From contig ML978123.1 of the NCBI GenBank assembly GCA_010015805.1, positions 868,001 through 932,000 on the forward strand: a stretch of DNA of 64,000 nt, in the 5' to 3' direction. Below, one piece after another: positions 21,573 through 34,526 of this stretch; positions within the stretch are counted from its first letter, which is position 1, and each line of letters starts with the position of its first letter. This DNA is from Rhizodiscina lignyota. Lineage: Eukaryota. A program made the translations under genes and the position numbers. The notes under the pieces were generated by a model. That model saw nothing but the letters and a program-made list of their open reading frames with translations. It had not been told where the DNA came from and ran no database searches.

Positions 21573-24441
21573 TCAAATGCCGACGCCCCGGCCTTCGGCG
21601 TGTGCCTTTTGAAATCCCCTCAATAGGCCCAGGACACCTGGGTCTTCTCCCCTCTTCGCGCCATCGCCCATCTCCTCATCGTCATCCGCCGCATTATTCG
21701 TACGCCACGAATCTCCCAACATGCTATCCTCCTCAATGATCCGACTCGTCGTGCTCGGATGTGCCTGAGCCGCCTCCTCCGCCATCTCATCCATATTCTC
21801 CGACACCACGGGCTGCCGAGATCGGTACCGCGCCCCTCCGGCATGAGGCCCCTGGCGGGGAGACGAGTGCATGCGATGAACGACCGGAGACGGCTGGTTG
21901 TGCGGGTCCAGAAGAATCGAGTGCATCGGGCTGGGATGGTTCTGTGCTCCGAATGCGGGCGTTCTGCTGTGAACCGACTGCCTTCCTCCTCCAGCGCCAT
22001 ATGCCATCATGGACTGGCGTGGGTTTTGGTTGCCGGCGAAGTCCATTACGTTCGTTCCCTTCGGGCTCAGCATGTTGGGCCAAACGGGTGGAAGGTGGAA
22101 GTTTTGGTGCGTGCTCTTGCTACCTTTGTGTCCGTGGTAGTTGCCGTATTGTTCCATGAAGCCGAGATATGATGCATACATCTTGTTCTCCCTATCCGCG
22201 AAATGATCTTGTCTGAGGTTGTTCAGATCTTGACCAGGTTGCTTCTGTCCATTGTTCTTTCCAGGCCTAGTGAAGTCGAAGACCGCAAAGGAGCACACGT
22301 GTCCCACTCCATCAACATGCACAGTAAACTCGCGGAAGAAGTCGATCAACCTATCGGCACAACGTGGGAGCGAGAAGAGAAGAACGTATGGCGTGACGAT
22401 CATGGAGAGTGCCTCCTCCAGGAATACAACGACCTTCGGTTTGTACAGCGCGCTGAATTCTTTGCGCACTTCGTCGGAATGCAGACGGCCTTCCCATGTC
22501 TGAGGACAGTAGTGGGTACATTCGATCACACTGTTGAGAACGAATTCGGGATCGAGCACAAGGTCGTCTTCTGGGACTTGGCCTCGTGCAAACGCGTAGA
22601 TAGCGCTGAGTACTCCGAGATAGAAGAGAACCGTCTTGCCGGGAGTAACCTCGAAGCCCAAGAACAGCTCAGGATCGAGCAATGAAGCGATACCTAGGAC
22701 AGCGGCCAACGCTCCTGTGACGAAGGAGACGAATTTGAAGAACTGCGCCATTTTGTCCTTTGGAAACTGCTCCAGGTACTTGGTGGCATAGGGATATGCC
22801 ATGTTCTTTCGACGCTCGAAAAGGTGCCAGAGCTCGTTGAACTCACGGAACTTCCACTCAGCAAGTGGAGTGAAGGTTCGTGAACCGAGCTCTGATGGGT
22901 TGTTTCGGTATTCCTGTGAGGGCTATCTTAGCTGAAGGCCTGTTCTTAATACACGTAGGTTGGTTAAGGAGCAGACTCACCGTGAAGTATTGGAAGAAGT
23001 ACGAGAGAAGGTAGTATCCAAAGTAGAAAGGGGACCACAGAATGCTGATAAATGCCGCCGCAGCAAATCGATGGCGCAACTTGTCAATCAGTTCTCGGCG
23101 ATGCGTGGAAGTGAGGAATTGCGGTTTAATTTGGCCATCTTCATCGAAAACGAAATCCATTAGACACAACCAAATGAACCACTCGATATTTCGTGTCCAG
23201 AATTGGGTATTGCCTAGGAACGGGATTGGAACAGTGAGATCCAAGTAGCCCTTGTTTACCAGTGCGATAAGGTAGTTATCCTGACGCATCAGACGATTGG
23301 CAATGTCGTGGGCATCCATACGTTGTTTCGATTGGCTTGTGATGAAACGTCTATTTGCGGCCGTTATCTTCAGAGCTGTAGTCGCATTTGCGTCTCGTAG
23401 AGCCATCATCTTCTGAACGATAAACTGCCAAGATACTGTCTGGATATCCGAGTCCGGAATACCAAGCAAATAGTGGTAGAAGTTGTGCATCTCCCACAAT
23501 TGAGGCAACTTGACCACTGCTTGAATGAAGCTGTAGATCCAGAAAACGACGAAGAACCATAGTAGGACGTTCCAGAGCGTTGACATCTTTTTGGTACACT
23601 GAGGGACCATGATGTCGCTGAGCTTGGTGCTTTTGGGAAGGTCCGAGTAGGTAACGCACATTGTTAGGAACGTGGTGAAGGCGACTACGAACGCGACCGA
23701 CATCAGGCCGATCGCCTTCCGCAGCAGAATCGACCAGAATCCCTTCTGCTCGTAGTAGGCGTAAACCTCAAGCAAGAATTTGTCCAGATTCTGAACGTTC
23801 GCCCATTTCCACATCGCCTTATCCTTCGGGTCAGCGAGAAGCAGCGCGTTGGTCATGCTGTTCATCGCATGGTCGTGCTTGGGCATCGGAACTCCGCCAT
23901 CCTCATCATCTCCATGCAACGGCTGTTGAGCCTTGGTTGCCCTCCACTGTGCTCGTGTGTTCCTTGTCGCAGGGCCTGGTACTGGAGGGGGAAGCTCTTC
24001 CAGCTGAGCACCACGAGACTTCCGTCGCGATCTCTCTTTGCTTCTCTTGCTTGACTGTGTTCCAGGGTCGAGGAGTAGAGACTCGGGCACATCATCATCT
24101 TCGTCCATGTCGGATGGAGCAGGTGGTTGGTTCTGCATCCACCTTGGCCGAGTACTTCTTGTTCCAGCACTCGACCGAGTTGCCACCGGCACGTTATCTT
24201 CTTGCAGAGCTACAGTGCTCTCGCTCGCGATCTCACTGTGTGCGGCGTCTTTCAAGAGTTGTTCAAGATCTTGATCTTGGAAGTGTTCGCCGAGGTTCTC
24301 TTCGTCAATAGCGTGCTCGAGGTGTTCTCCATCGGAGGCAGACGCGTCGGAAGGAGGTATATCTGCGCGTGTGAGGCCTTCGCCCTCTGGCTGACCCTCA
24401 GACACAGATGGGAGGAGCCTAGAGAGAATGTTGGACGCCAT
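21573..24441 (-). CDS. ATG9: Autophagy-related protein 9 (lipid scramblase)
   Basis: WKWANVQNLDKFL, RMDAHDIANRLMRQDNY, WKFREFNELWHLFERR, FFREFTVHVDGVGHVCSFAVFDF. ATG 24441 (MASNILSRLL); intron 22914-22980. Confidence 0.97.
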
Positions 24442-24844
24442 TATGGACGTGACCAGCGATTCAGACACATGCAGACCGGGGTGAAGTGTGGGTGGAGGGG
24501 GGGTTATTTGAGGCTCGGCGGGGCTCCAGAGAGAAGAGAAGCCTCATCTGGTACTCCCATTCGTTGTCTTGGTCGGTCAGCTCATGGCAGGTGTGAGACA
24601 AGCGAGAGTGTTGGAGGAATCATGCGCAGTGTCGAGTCTCAGGAACGCGTCGGGTGGGTGAAGGTGCGGAGGTGAGGTCGCATGTTCACTTTCACAGCCA
24701 CTCATCGCTTCACTTGACCCTTTGACGCAACCGGGGAGCTTGGGCCACTTGGGTAAACATCGGGATCTTCAGTGCGGCCACGAATTGCCATGGGATGATA
24801 TTGGGCTTCCAACCAAATCATATGAACTGCTGAATACGTTCACT

Positions 24845-27049
24845 ATGGCCGCTAGCTACTTTAATGATCGTCCAAGGGCATCGATTGATATTCTTTCGCC
24901 TTCAGACGGTGTCCCACCGACTCCTTCAACCCCTACTGGACCCCGTTCAAGCGCATTATCAAGTAGGATCACAAGTGTCCTCTCGACTTCGTATGCAGAT
25001 CTTGAAATAAGAGATGCTCTTGAGATCCTTGATGCAAGAGGCGTAGAGAATACGGCCGAGACAAGACGCCAGCTTCGGACAGACGTACAGAGAGAAGTCA
25101 TCCAATGCAATGGAGAAATTGTCAAGGACTTTGGTGCTGTTGCAGAGGTTAGACATATTTTTACTGTTCATTTTCAGTATTTATGCTCATACTAGGCTTA
25201 GCAACTTAAACGTATTGGGAATGCCATTTCCAGTCTCAATCAATGCTGCGCATCAATGCGAGCCCAGATCAACGCTGCAAATCAGGACACCAAGCCAGTC
25301 CTTGAAGAGTCGCGCTCGCTGTTGGCCCATAAAACCGAGACCGAGAAGAAGCAGAAGATTCTGGATGCCTTCAAATCCAACTTCCTCATATCAGAGGCAG
25401 AAACCACAGCATTGACTTCGTCTGGAACCGGGGTAGACGACGAATTCTTCCGGGTCTTGCAGCGCGTGAAGAAGATCCACAAAGACTGTCAGGTCCTTCT
25501 CGGCTCTGAGAATCAAACTCTTGGTCTCGAGATCCTAGACCAAAGCTCGAAGAATTTGAACTCTGGATACCAGAAACTTTATCGCTGGGTGCAGCGAGAG
25601 TTCAAGACGCTTGACCTGGAGAACCCACAGATCAGTGCTAGCATACGACGGAGCTTGCGGGTGCTGGCTGAACGGCCCACGCTATTCCAGAGCTGCCTCG
25701 ACTTCTTTGCTGAAGCCAGAGAACATACCTTAAGTGATACATTCTACACCGCTCTGACAGGAGCTACTTCGCATGGCGAGGAGCAAGACGCTTCGGCTGC
25801 GAAGCCTATCGAACTGCATGCCCATGATCCTATAAGATATGTTGGCGATATGTTGGCTTGGACGCACTCGTCAGCAGTATCAGAACGAGAAGCCTTGGAA
25901 GTTCTCTTCATTGCCGAGGGGGAAGACCTCGCAGCAAATCTTCGTGCCGGTGCAGAAGCTGAGCCCTGGAACCGAGCTGCGGCAGATGAGGATGAGGCCG
26001 AGGAAGAATTTGATCCTCGAAAGGCTCTGAACGACCTGGTGGGCCGCGACATAGCCGGCGTAGCACGAGTCCTGCGGCAGCGCATCGAGCAAGTCCTCCA
26101 CAGCCACGAAGACGCAACGCTTGCGTATCGTATCGCGAACCTAATCAGCTTCTACAAGACAACCTTCGTGAAGCTTCTAGATGAGCACAGCCCTATTTTG
26201 GAAACTCTGAGCAATCTTGAGGACTTCGCTATACGACAGTTCAGAATCAACATGCGCGATCATGTTGCAGCAGTGCAAAACGAAGTCACAGCCACTCCAT
26301 CCGGCGATGATCTTGGCCCTCCAGAGTTCCTAGAAGATGCTCTACAAACCTTGAAGCAGCTCATGAAGTCTTTCGACTCCTCGCTCTCCTCCGTGACCGA
26401 GGACCGCGAGAACGCGTTCGAGCCCGTACTAGCAGAAGCATTCGACCCCTTCATGAATCTCTGCGAGTCAATGTGCAAACGCATTGAGGAGCCGGGAAAC
26501 GAGATATTCGCGCTGAACTGCCTACTCGCAGCTCGGAGCACACTGGGCCCATTTTCATTCACGGCCGGGCGGATGAAGCAGATTGATGAAACGATGAAAG
26601 GCCACGCGGAGAGGCTTGTAGAATACCAACATCGCTTCTTCCTGCATACTTCTGGCCTCGCGCCGCTGCTGGCTGCGATTGCCGCTTTGGATGAGGACAC
26701 ATCTGGCGCCGCTGCTACGAATCCCGCGGCCATTCTGAGTCTGCCGCCGTTCAATATCGAGAGTCTTGTGAGGACGAGCCAGGACTTGGACGACTTCCTT
26801 CCCTCGGCGTTGATGGATGCGAAGGAGAATCTGAACCAGCTCAGGAGCACGAAGATGGCGGGTGGGATCACAGAGGAGGCAGCAGAGCAATTCTGTGAAG
26901 ACTTTGAGGTAGTAGAAGGCAGGATCATTGCCGCCGACGAGGCAACGGATGGTGCTGAAAACTTGGATGTGAATGGGCAGGAGGATAATATAAGGCTTCG
27001 GAATGTCTTCCCCAGAACAGCAGCAGAGATTAGAGTCTTGCTTAGCTAG
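24845..27049 (+). CDS. COG6: Conserved oligomeric Golgi complex subunit 6
   Basis: [50 protein letters not shown]-terminal [13 protein letters not shown]. Intron 25148-25201. Confidence 0.95.
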
Positions 27050-27548
27050 GAGTCACTCAGGCTCACGTCAAATATGGAAGCAAGTTTGTAGAAAATCAAA
27101 TCGCAGACTGTTTGTGTTGATCTACCTATTCGTCACGAAGGTGCAGAGTGTGATCGTTCGAAGCAAGCTAAAGTACACGGGGTAGGCTTTTGGGAGGGAA
27201 TAGTATATTCTCGGTCGAATCGATCGAACCGGTCGAGGTAACGACGTCGAACCGTGGGGCGAGGGGGAAAAGGAAAACGGCGGGGACGCAATCGAAAAGC
27301 AGTGGACACCGAATGCCGTTGGTCGATACTCCGTTGAACCGCACCGAAAGACCGAACCGTTCCGATATCGAACTGCTACTGACAATCTGAGTAGAGGACT
27401 TTGTTTCCTTCGCCAGACAGAAAAAGAAGATGTGCATGGTTGAAAGGAATCCCACAGCGTAAACAGATGGTAGAGAGCCGTGAGAGTTGCTGAACCCTCT
27501 TCAGTGCCGGCTGAGTGACCCAGCAATGAAGAGGGATCCACGCAACAT

Positions 27549-28548
27549 CTACTCAGCCGTGTCTAGCTCATCATGCTGGGGTGGTGGGGAGTCCAGGGGC
27601 ACTTTAACATCGCCTGAGTTAGCTAAAACAAGGTCCATAATTGTACAGAGCAGAAAACAAACCTTTCCTGTCATCGCCATTGGCGCCGTTCTCACGCTCA
27701 CGATCATCCTCCCTATCACGGACATCCTTCATGTCACGGTCACGGTCGCGATCGTCGGGGCTGCGAGAGCGATCGCGGTCACGTCGGTCGTAGTCCCTGT
27801 CACGGCGATCGTCCTTGCGAGGAGAGTACTCTCCACGGCCGCGGCGAGGTGGGGACATGGAACGACGACGAGGAGAGCGATCGCGGCGTGGAGGGCGGTC
27901 ACGACCAGAGTCGAAGCGCCAGGAGGCAGACGGAGGGGTGCGGGCCCACTAAAATGCATCAGGTTCAAGCGTGAAGCGATTAGATCTCAAACGTACCTCG
28001 ATCTTCAGAACCTCGTCACGGGCGAGACGCTTGTTGTGCATCTCATGGTACGCGTCGTCGGCATCGCGGCGGCTCTCATATTCCACGAAGGCGAAGCTTT
28101 TAGGGGACCTAAAGTCATAAATTGGCGTGGCAAATGATCTGGGGGCTAACTTACAGTCGAGAAGAAGCGGAGCGCGGGGCTGGGATATCGCAGCGAACCA
28201 AGCGACCATAGCTGTGCATATGTTAGATACAACATTCGGAAAAACTCGACGTTGATCGAAGATGCTTGGAGGGTCAAGATCTGTCAAGACAAATAGGGGA
28301 GATAACATGATCGCTCGAACAGGGCTCGGGAGAAGCATCGGAGGGCGGGGAAAGGTATCGAGCGCGACGACGACGGACACATCAAGTGATGCTTTGAGGT
28401 GGTGGAGGTCGTGGTTACGGTCGAGATCGAAGGGCGAGGTTTTCGATCAGGTTTTGAGAACATACCGCTCGAACTCATAAGCGAGATCACGGGCCCTAGT
28501 TCCCCCAGAGAAGCCCGTCACGTAGAGCGTAGTGCCTCCACGAGACAT
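27549..28548 (-). CDS. SR-type splicing factor (RRM plus RS/RD region), Srp1-like
   Basis: MSRGGTTLYVTGF..RARDLAYEFER|YGRLVRCDIPAPR..|FAFVEYESRRDADDAYHEMH..|WARTPPSASWRF plus RS/RD repeats. Introns 28212-28465, 28097-28154, 27949-27996 and 27602-27662. Confidence 0.9.
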
Positions 28549-28838
28549 CTTGAATGACTTGAGATTGTGGTGGTTGACAAGTTGGAGGTGGAAAGGAAGG
28601 AAGTTCGGGAGGCAGACGCGAAATGTATATGGAGATTAGCGGCTTGGCATTACACTAGCCCTAATACGGCATTCAGCAAGTCGCGCCAAGCGCTCGATGG
28701 TGATGAAAACGTTTGCGCAACAATGAGGCATGAAAGGCGGCACGACAGTAGTTTCTACTCTATTTATGCTTCGTCTTCGTTTTAATTGTGCAACATACGT
28801 GAGATCCCCGCTAGAAACAGTCATCAGGCTACATTATT

Positions 28839-29450
28839 ATGAACTGCGAGACCGCCCTAGAGAGTCTCCAGTCTGATAAATGCTAACCCATACCTATAGA
28901 GCAGCTGAAGTGCCCAGTGACCACAGAAAATATGGAGTAATTTATCAAAGCCGGTCTTCATAAACACTGAGCTTCCAAAGATGCTCTCGTTGAAGCTGCG
29001 GAGCAAGACTCGCCTTTACTGCATCCTTTGACATCCATTGGGGCCAGCTAAATTGTCGCCTTTGAGATACTGCACAAAGGAACTATTCGCTAAAACATAC
29101 AGGAAATTTCAAGTTCATCCTTCGCGAAAGAGGGAGGCCTAAGTTGAATGCCTAGAGCTATGTGCTAATTCCTGTAATTCACTCGGTGTGAGACTATCTC
29201 TGAAGCCCTTGTTGAGTGGGATGCCTTTAACTCTCTCAGGAAACGTTTCAATATATCTTGAATGTGCATAAAAGTTAGCCACAGCTTTCAAGACACTGAG
29301 CAGCTGTGGTATAACATTTACTACCAAGGAAGCGCCTATGCTTTTCTAACAACATGCTACTGTTGTATACACCCTAAAGAACACCTGAGATCCTAGAGAC
29401 CGTCTTGTTTACCATGAAGTGTAAAATCTGCTCGACCTCTGGCATTATAG
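28839..29450 (+). pseudogene. Probable decayed (RIP-like) coding remnant
   Basis: From ATG 28839 one frame reads protein-like (MNCETALESLQSDKC*PIPIEQLKCPVTTENME*FIKAG...ISEALVEWDAFNSLRKRF) but has many stops. The region is AT/TpA-richer than its flanks. Confidence 0.35.
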
Positions 29451-30005
29451 CTTACCCGGTGGTCAGCTATTTTATCACCCTCAAGTATATATATTTCTAA
29501 TGTGGGCGAGGAATGAAGAGGAACAAGGTATCTCAGCTCTAAGACCCGTACAATGGCGCAAAAAGCTAATTTACATCTCAAAACAAGAGGCCAGATCTGA
29601 AACATTATCTGCAGTCTTATGTAATTGTTCCCAATGGTCGGAAGATCCTTTTGACGAAGCACAATAGGAGTGAGTGGCTGGAAATGAATGGAAGGCGGCC
29701 GTGCGGTGACAGGGATTGTGTTTCGTTACATAAGCCAAGCCGCTTTCAATTTCATTACATTACAAAGTCGCCTCTTTCTTTCAGATCTGAGCACGAGAGA
29801 GCCTTTCATCGTCCACAATCCACCGCTGTCAACACCTTTCACCGCAACCCACCTTTCAGTTACCAGCGCGACCCTCATACCTCAGGCGACGATCTTAATC
29901 CTTTTAGCGATCGCATCCCTTCACTCTTTAGCGCCCATCCGCGGGTGCTTCCCCTTCGCATAACACTCCCCATCCCTCTCATCACCGCAAAATCCTCCCG
30001 TCACC

Positions 30006-31670
30006 ATGGCCATCGAAGTCACGCTCGGTACACCGCTTGCGGATGCAATCCAGAAAGCTATACAACCAAAGCTCCTGGAACATGACTGGCTCACCGGCGA
30101 TCCGGAGGACACTTCCCTCGCAGAGTATGTTCTTCTCATGCTGGTGAACAGCAAGAGTCAGGACGAGGTTGCTTTAGAGCTTTCTAGCGACCTTCTGGGC
30201 CTCACCCCCGACGACCAAAACGTAGCGCAATTCGCACAGTGGTTATTCGAGAAAGTCCCGGAGCTGGATGCACAGATCAATGGCAGCGCGCCCCCCTCCG
30301 CTCCCGTTGTGGATGCACAGAAAGAACAAGAGCAAGAGGACAGCGCAGTAGAGCAAACACAGTCCGTAACAGACACTGATATGGGCGATTCTGTGGATCC
30401 ATCAATGTCAGTACATCGTATCAGAAAGTTTGCAAAACTTACGCTAACTCATAATAGACCCACAGGTCCAAGGTCAATGCGGAATGGCCAACAAAGAATG
30501 CGGGACAAGCGCATGCTCGGACAGATCAACAAGAACCTCACAGGCGGGGCGGATGCTGCTCTACATCGTGTGCGCGGAGCGAATGGTGCCGGTCGAGTGA
30601 ACTCGCATAATCGAGAGCCCCCCAAGGGCCCTCGTGCGCAACAGCTCAATAGGGCGATGCAAATGGCAACCAACAGGCCGATGCCTGGTCCGATGGGCAT
30701 GCCGCAGGGCCCAATGGGCTTCCCTCAGCAGCCACAGATGCCGATGATGCCTGTGGACACGACACAACTTGCTTACATGCAGAACCAGTTCCGGATGTTG
30801 GAGGAGCAATCAAGGAAAATGGCCCAAATCTTGAATGGCGGAGGTCCTGCGATCAACCCGGCCTTTCAAAATGGGATGAACGGACAAGGGCAGCAAGGGA
30901 AGTCGTTATCCGATCGTATCGAGAAAAGGCATCCTCGTCGGGACAATCGACCTCAGCAAAATCAGGCACAGCAGGAGCCTGGAGACAGTGGCAACATTGA
31001 CCCCTCATCGTCCATGGAGGTCGAGTCTAGCTCTCAGCAGCCTTCCGATCCAGCGAACACTCTCTGCAAGTTCAACCTGTACTGTACCCGTCCCGACTGC
31101 AATTTCGCACACCAATCTCCGGCAGCACCTCATGGTGTCACAGTCGACATGAAGGATACGTGCCCCTTCGGCGCCGCCTGCAAAAACTTCAAATGCATTG
31201 CGAAGCATCCGTCTCCTTCCAAGAAGTTTGCGCACCAAGCCGAGATTGAGTGCAGCTTCTGGCCGCATTGCACTAATCCAAACTGTCGATTCAAGCATCC
31301 TCCTCGCCCTTGCAAAAATGGTGGCGACTGCAATGTTCCTGGGTGCAAGTTCACGCACACCACAACGATGTGCAAATTCAATCCCTGCACGAACCCTAAT
31401 TGCATGTTCAAACATGCCGAAGGCCAGAGAGGCGTGTATTCCGACAAGGTGTGGACAGCAGATGGCTCAGCGGGTGCCGATGGAGAGAAGAGGGATCATC
31501 TCAGTGAGAGGAAATTCGTTTCCGAGGAGGGTGGAGAAGAAGAGCTGATCATTCCTGGAGCTGGCTCGAATGATCAAGGTCAAGATGAAGGCCAAGTAAC
31601 GGGACAAGAGCAGCAGCAGCAGGAGACGCCGGCGACTCAGGATACTCAGGATACTCAGATCACGGTTTGA
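30006..31670 (+). CDS. NAB2: Nuclear polyadenylated RNA-binding protein Nab2 (PWI-like N-terminus plus tandem CCCH fingers)
   Basis: LAEYVLLMLVNSKSQDEVALELS N-domain and tandem CCCH fingers (CKFNLYCTRPDCNFAH, CPFGAACKNFKCIAKH, CSFWPHCTNPNCRFKH and others). Probable 51-nt intron 30407-30457. Confidence 0.92.
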   Translation: MAIEVTLGTPLADAIQKAIQPKLLEHDWLTGDPEDTSLAEYVLLMLVNSKSQDEVALELSSDLLGLTPDDQNVAQFAQWLFEKVPELDAQINGSAPPSAPVVDAQKEQEQEDSAVEQTQSVTDTDMGDSVDPSMSVHRIRKFAKLTLTHNRPTGPRSMRNGQQRMRDKRMLGQINKNLTGGADAALHRVRGANGAGRVNSHNREPPKGPRAQQLNRAMQMATNRPMPGPMGMPQGPMGFPQQPQMPMMPVDTTQLAYMQNQFRMLEEQSRKMAQILNGGGPAINPAFQNGMNGQGQQGKSLSDRIEKRHPRRDNRPQQNQAQQEPGDSGNIDPSSSMEVESSSQQPSDPANTLCKFNLYCTRPDCNFAHQSPAAPHGVTVDMKDTCPFGAACKNFKCIAKHPSPSKKFAHQAEIECSFWPHCTNPNCRFKHPPRPCKNGGDCNVPGCKFTHTTTMCKFNPCTNPNCMFKHAEGQRGVYSDKVWTADGSAGADGEKRDHLSERKFVSEEGGEEELIIPGAGSNDQGQDEGQVTGQEQQQQETPATQDTQDTQITV

Positions 31671-32340
31671 AATTGGCACGTGGATGGTACATGGGATGGG
31701 AATGGTTAATATGCATTCTGTACGATGTGTGGGAGGGTCGGATGGTTTTCTCTTATTTCGCACGAGTTCATCGGGTATGCAGCAGGTGGTGGGCTGGTTG
31801 CGCCCAGAGGACACCTGAGACTTGGGATAGGCATACCTTGATAGTTAGTGAATTTCACTATGCCTGGCTCTGAGCATTTATGAGCCTTACCGAACAACTC
31901 TATGTCTAAAATTGCATATGATCCATCAATAATGCTGCTGTGAATGCCAGAATAGGGGGTATTTGTCTATTGTCCCATCCACAATTAGGCATGTGCTTAG
32001 CGTGCACGTGCTCTTCCCCAGAGCCTCAGCCCCAATCAGGTCAGGTGTTTCTTTAATCAACGCATCGTCAGTTCGCACCCCTCGCACCCTTCGACACCTC
32101 ACCTCCGACTTGTCTGCTTTCAAATTACAGCATCCCATCTCGTTCCGGTACACCGTCTGGAAATGTTCCATTAGGGGCCGCGGAACGCCAGGAGCAACCA
32201 CAGAACTGCTCATACGTTAGACTCAGGCCTCCAACGCCATCCCTCTTACCCTCACCTCCACACTCTTCAAGAGCCACTTGACGTTCGCGTCTACCGAACA
32301 AGAAGCAGCGCACTCCTCGCCATCATCAGCTGCTCTCATC

Positions 32341-34349
32341 ATGAATACCAACGCACCCACCCAGAATGCTGGTGACGATTCCCAGCAAGCAATGCCAGGA
32401 CAGCAAGGCAATGGCAACGTCCTTGCACACCTGATCCGCCCAAACCAGTTGGCGAACCTTCGGTTCGACGAAGCGAAGAAGAAGCAATACCAGGACGCTC
32501 TTTCGAAAATGTGGAGTGTATTGGAGACCGCAGATCCTCAAAGCCAGAACTACAAGCAAACACTTGCGAACCTCCAGAGTGTTTCGAACCGCTTCAGAAC
32601 ACAATGGGCGCAACAGCAGCAGCAGGTAGGCCAACGCCCGCTAAGCCAGCAAGGACAGCCATCGCAAGCAAGCAGTCAGAATCCTCAACCACCTCAGAAT
32701 CCCCCGCAGATTCCGCAGCAAGCGCCCCAGCAGCCTCAGCAACCTGCTCAGCAGCCTTCCCAACAGGCGCAGCAACCACAGCAACCCCAACAAGCGGGTC
32801 CTCGCCCTCAAGCCCAGCCGGCTCCTCGTCAACATCAACAGATACCGGCTACGATTATAACCAAGGTGAACTCGATCCCTTGGATTGCACCTGGACTGCA
32901 GCCTGGAACTCCAGAATCTGAACAAAAGATAGCTCAGCTCAAGCAGATCTACACGAATGCGCTGATGACGGAGGCGACAATGAGAGATAACATGCAGAAG
33001 CTCAAAGCGATCATAGACAATCAGACGAGAACGGGCACTGCAGTGACTACGGATTTCCAGAAGAAGGAACAAGAGATTCGTAAGAGATACGCGGAAGCGA
33101 CCAACAAGATGAAGGAGATGAATGCAGAGCAGGAGGCTCTTCGGAAAGCGCAACAAGGTGGCCAGCCGCAGCCGCAGCCGCAACCTCAGGCGTCACAGCC
33201 TGGTAGTGGTGTCGTTTCCGCACCAACACCACAGACCTTCAATCTTCAAATGCCGCAACAGCAGAACCGCCAAGATTCGCCGCCGCAAAGCGCGACTATG
33301 CCGCCTTCAACACCGGCAATGGCTACTGCTCAGCAGAATCGCCCTCCGCAATCACCTGCAACTATTCAAAATCCACAGGCACCAACCCCGCAACAACCTC
33401 AATCTGCAACCTTTCCTCAACAACAACCTAGTCAAGTTCCTCCAGGAACACAAGGCCCAGGCGCACAGAACATTCCTGCAGCACAGCGATACAACATGCC
33501 GACGCCTATCCAGCCACCTCCAGGACAGCAGCGATCGCCTCAAACAGCTGGTCCGCAACCCAACGGAACGAATGGTCCACAGACCCTTTCACACGCCGCT
33601 GCTTTAGCGCAAAGCCAAGCTGCACGCGCGAACTTCCCGAACCAGCAGAATGCTCCTCAATCTACCGTGGCCTCTGCAACTGCCCAAGCAGCCGCGCAAC
33701 CGCAAAGCGCGTATTCTGGAGCACAGATGCCCTCGCGTCCTGACGGCCAGCTTAACGCCAACCCGAAGATGCCGATTCCTAGGCAGCTTGAGGTGACTTC
33801 ACCAGCGCCAGTGCAAATGGGTCCTTCGAGGCCAACAATGGGTGGCCCTGGAAACGGCCCTGGAGCTCCTGGTGTGATGAACCAGCCTGTCATTCCGAAA
33901 CCGCAGGCTCCACCAGGCTTCACTCTTGAGGGCGAAGACGGCAGGATAATCAGCAAGAAGAAGTTGGACGAGCTGGTGAGGCAAGTGACGGGCGCTGAGG
34001 GCGGAGGACAAGGCTTGACCTCGGAGGTTGAAGAAGTGAGTACTTCACACTCAACTCAAATGCAGCTTTGTTTTACTAACACGAAGTGCAGGCAATGCTT
34101 CAGATCGCAGACGACTTTGTCGACGAGGTCATCACTGCCGCTTGTCGCCTTGCCAAGCTGCGTGACTCCGCCACGCTTGACATACGCGACATTCAGATCA
34201 TCCTCGAGCGTAACTACAACATCCGCATTCCAGGATACGCTACGGATGAGGTGAGAATCGTCAGGAAGTTCCATCCAGCACCGGGCTGGACAGCCAAGAT
34301 GAATGCCGTTCAAGCTGCCAAAGTGATGGGCGGCAAGACAGATATCTAA
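32341..34349 (+). CDS. TAF12: TFIID/SAGA subunit Taf12 (Q/P-rich N-terminus plus histone fold)
   Basis: [62 protein letters not shown]. Intron 34036-34091. Confidence 0.95.
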
Positions 34350-34464
34350 GCTGTCTTAAAAATGCTGGAATGGCCGACGTGATTTCCTCAGAGCAGAATG
34401 GTTGATTACAAAAGGGCAAGGGCGAATGACCCTTCTACTCGACGGGCATGAATTGGTTTTTGGG

Positions 34465-34526
34465 TTGCATTTTTCTTTCTGCATTTTTTCTTTCTGATTT
34501 CTTCTTTCTGCATTTTCTTTCTGCAT
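34465..34526 (+). repeat. Pyrimidine-rich short tandem repeat, (TTTTCTTTCTGCA)-like x4, in the TAF12 3' region
   Basis: ttttctttctgcattttttctttctgatttcttctttctgcattttctttctgcat read directly. Confidence 0.75.

Noticed and set aside
27487..28137. 216-aa hydrophobic plus-strand ORF
   Set aside because: Antisense of the RD/RS repeats of the SR-protein gene.
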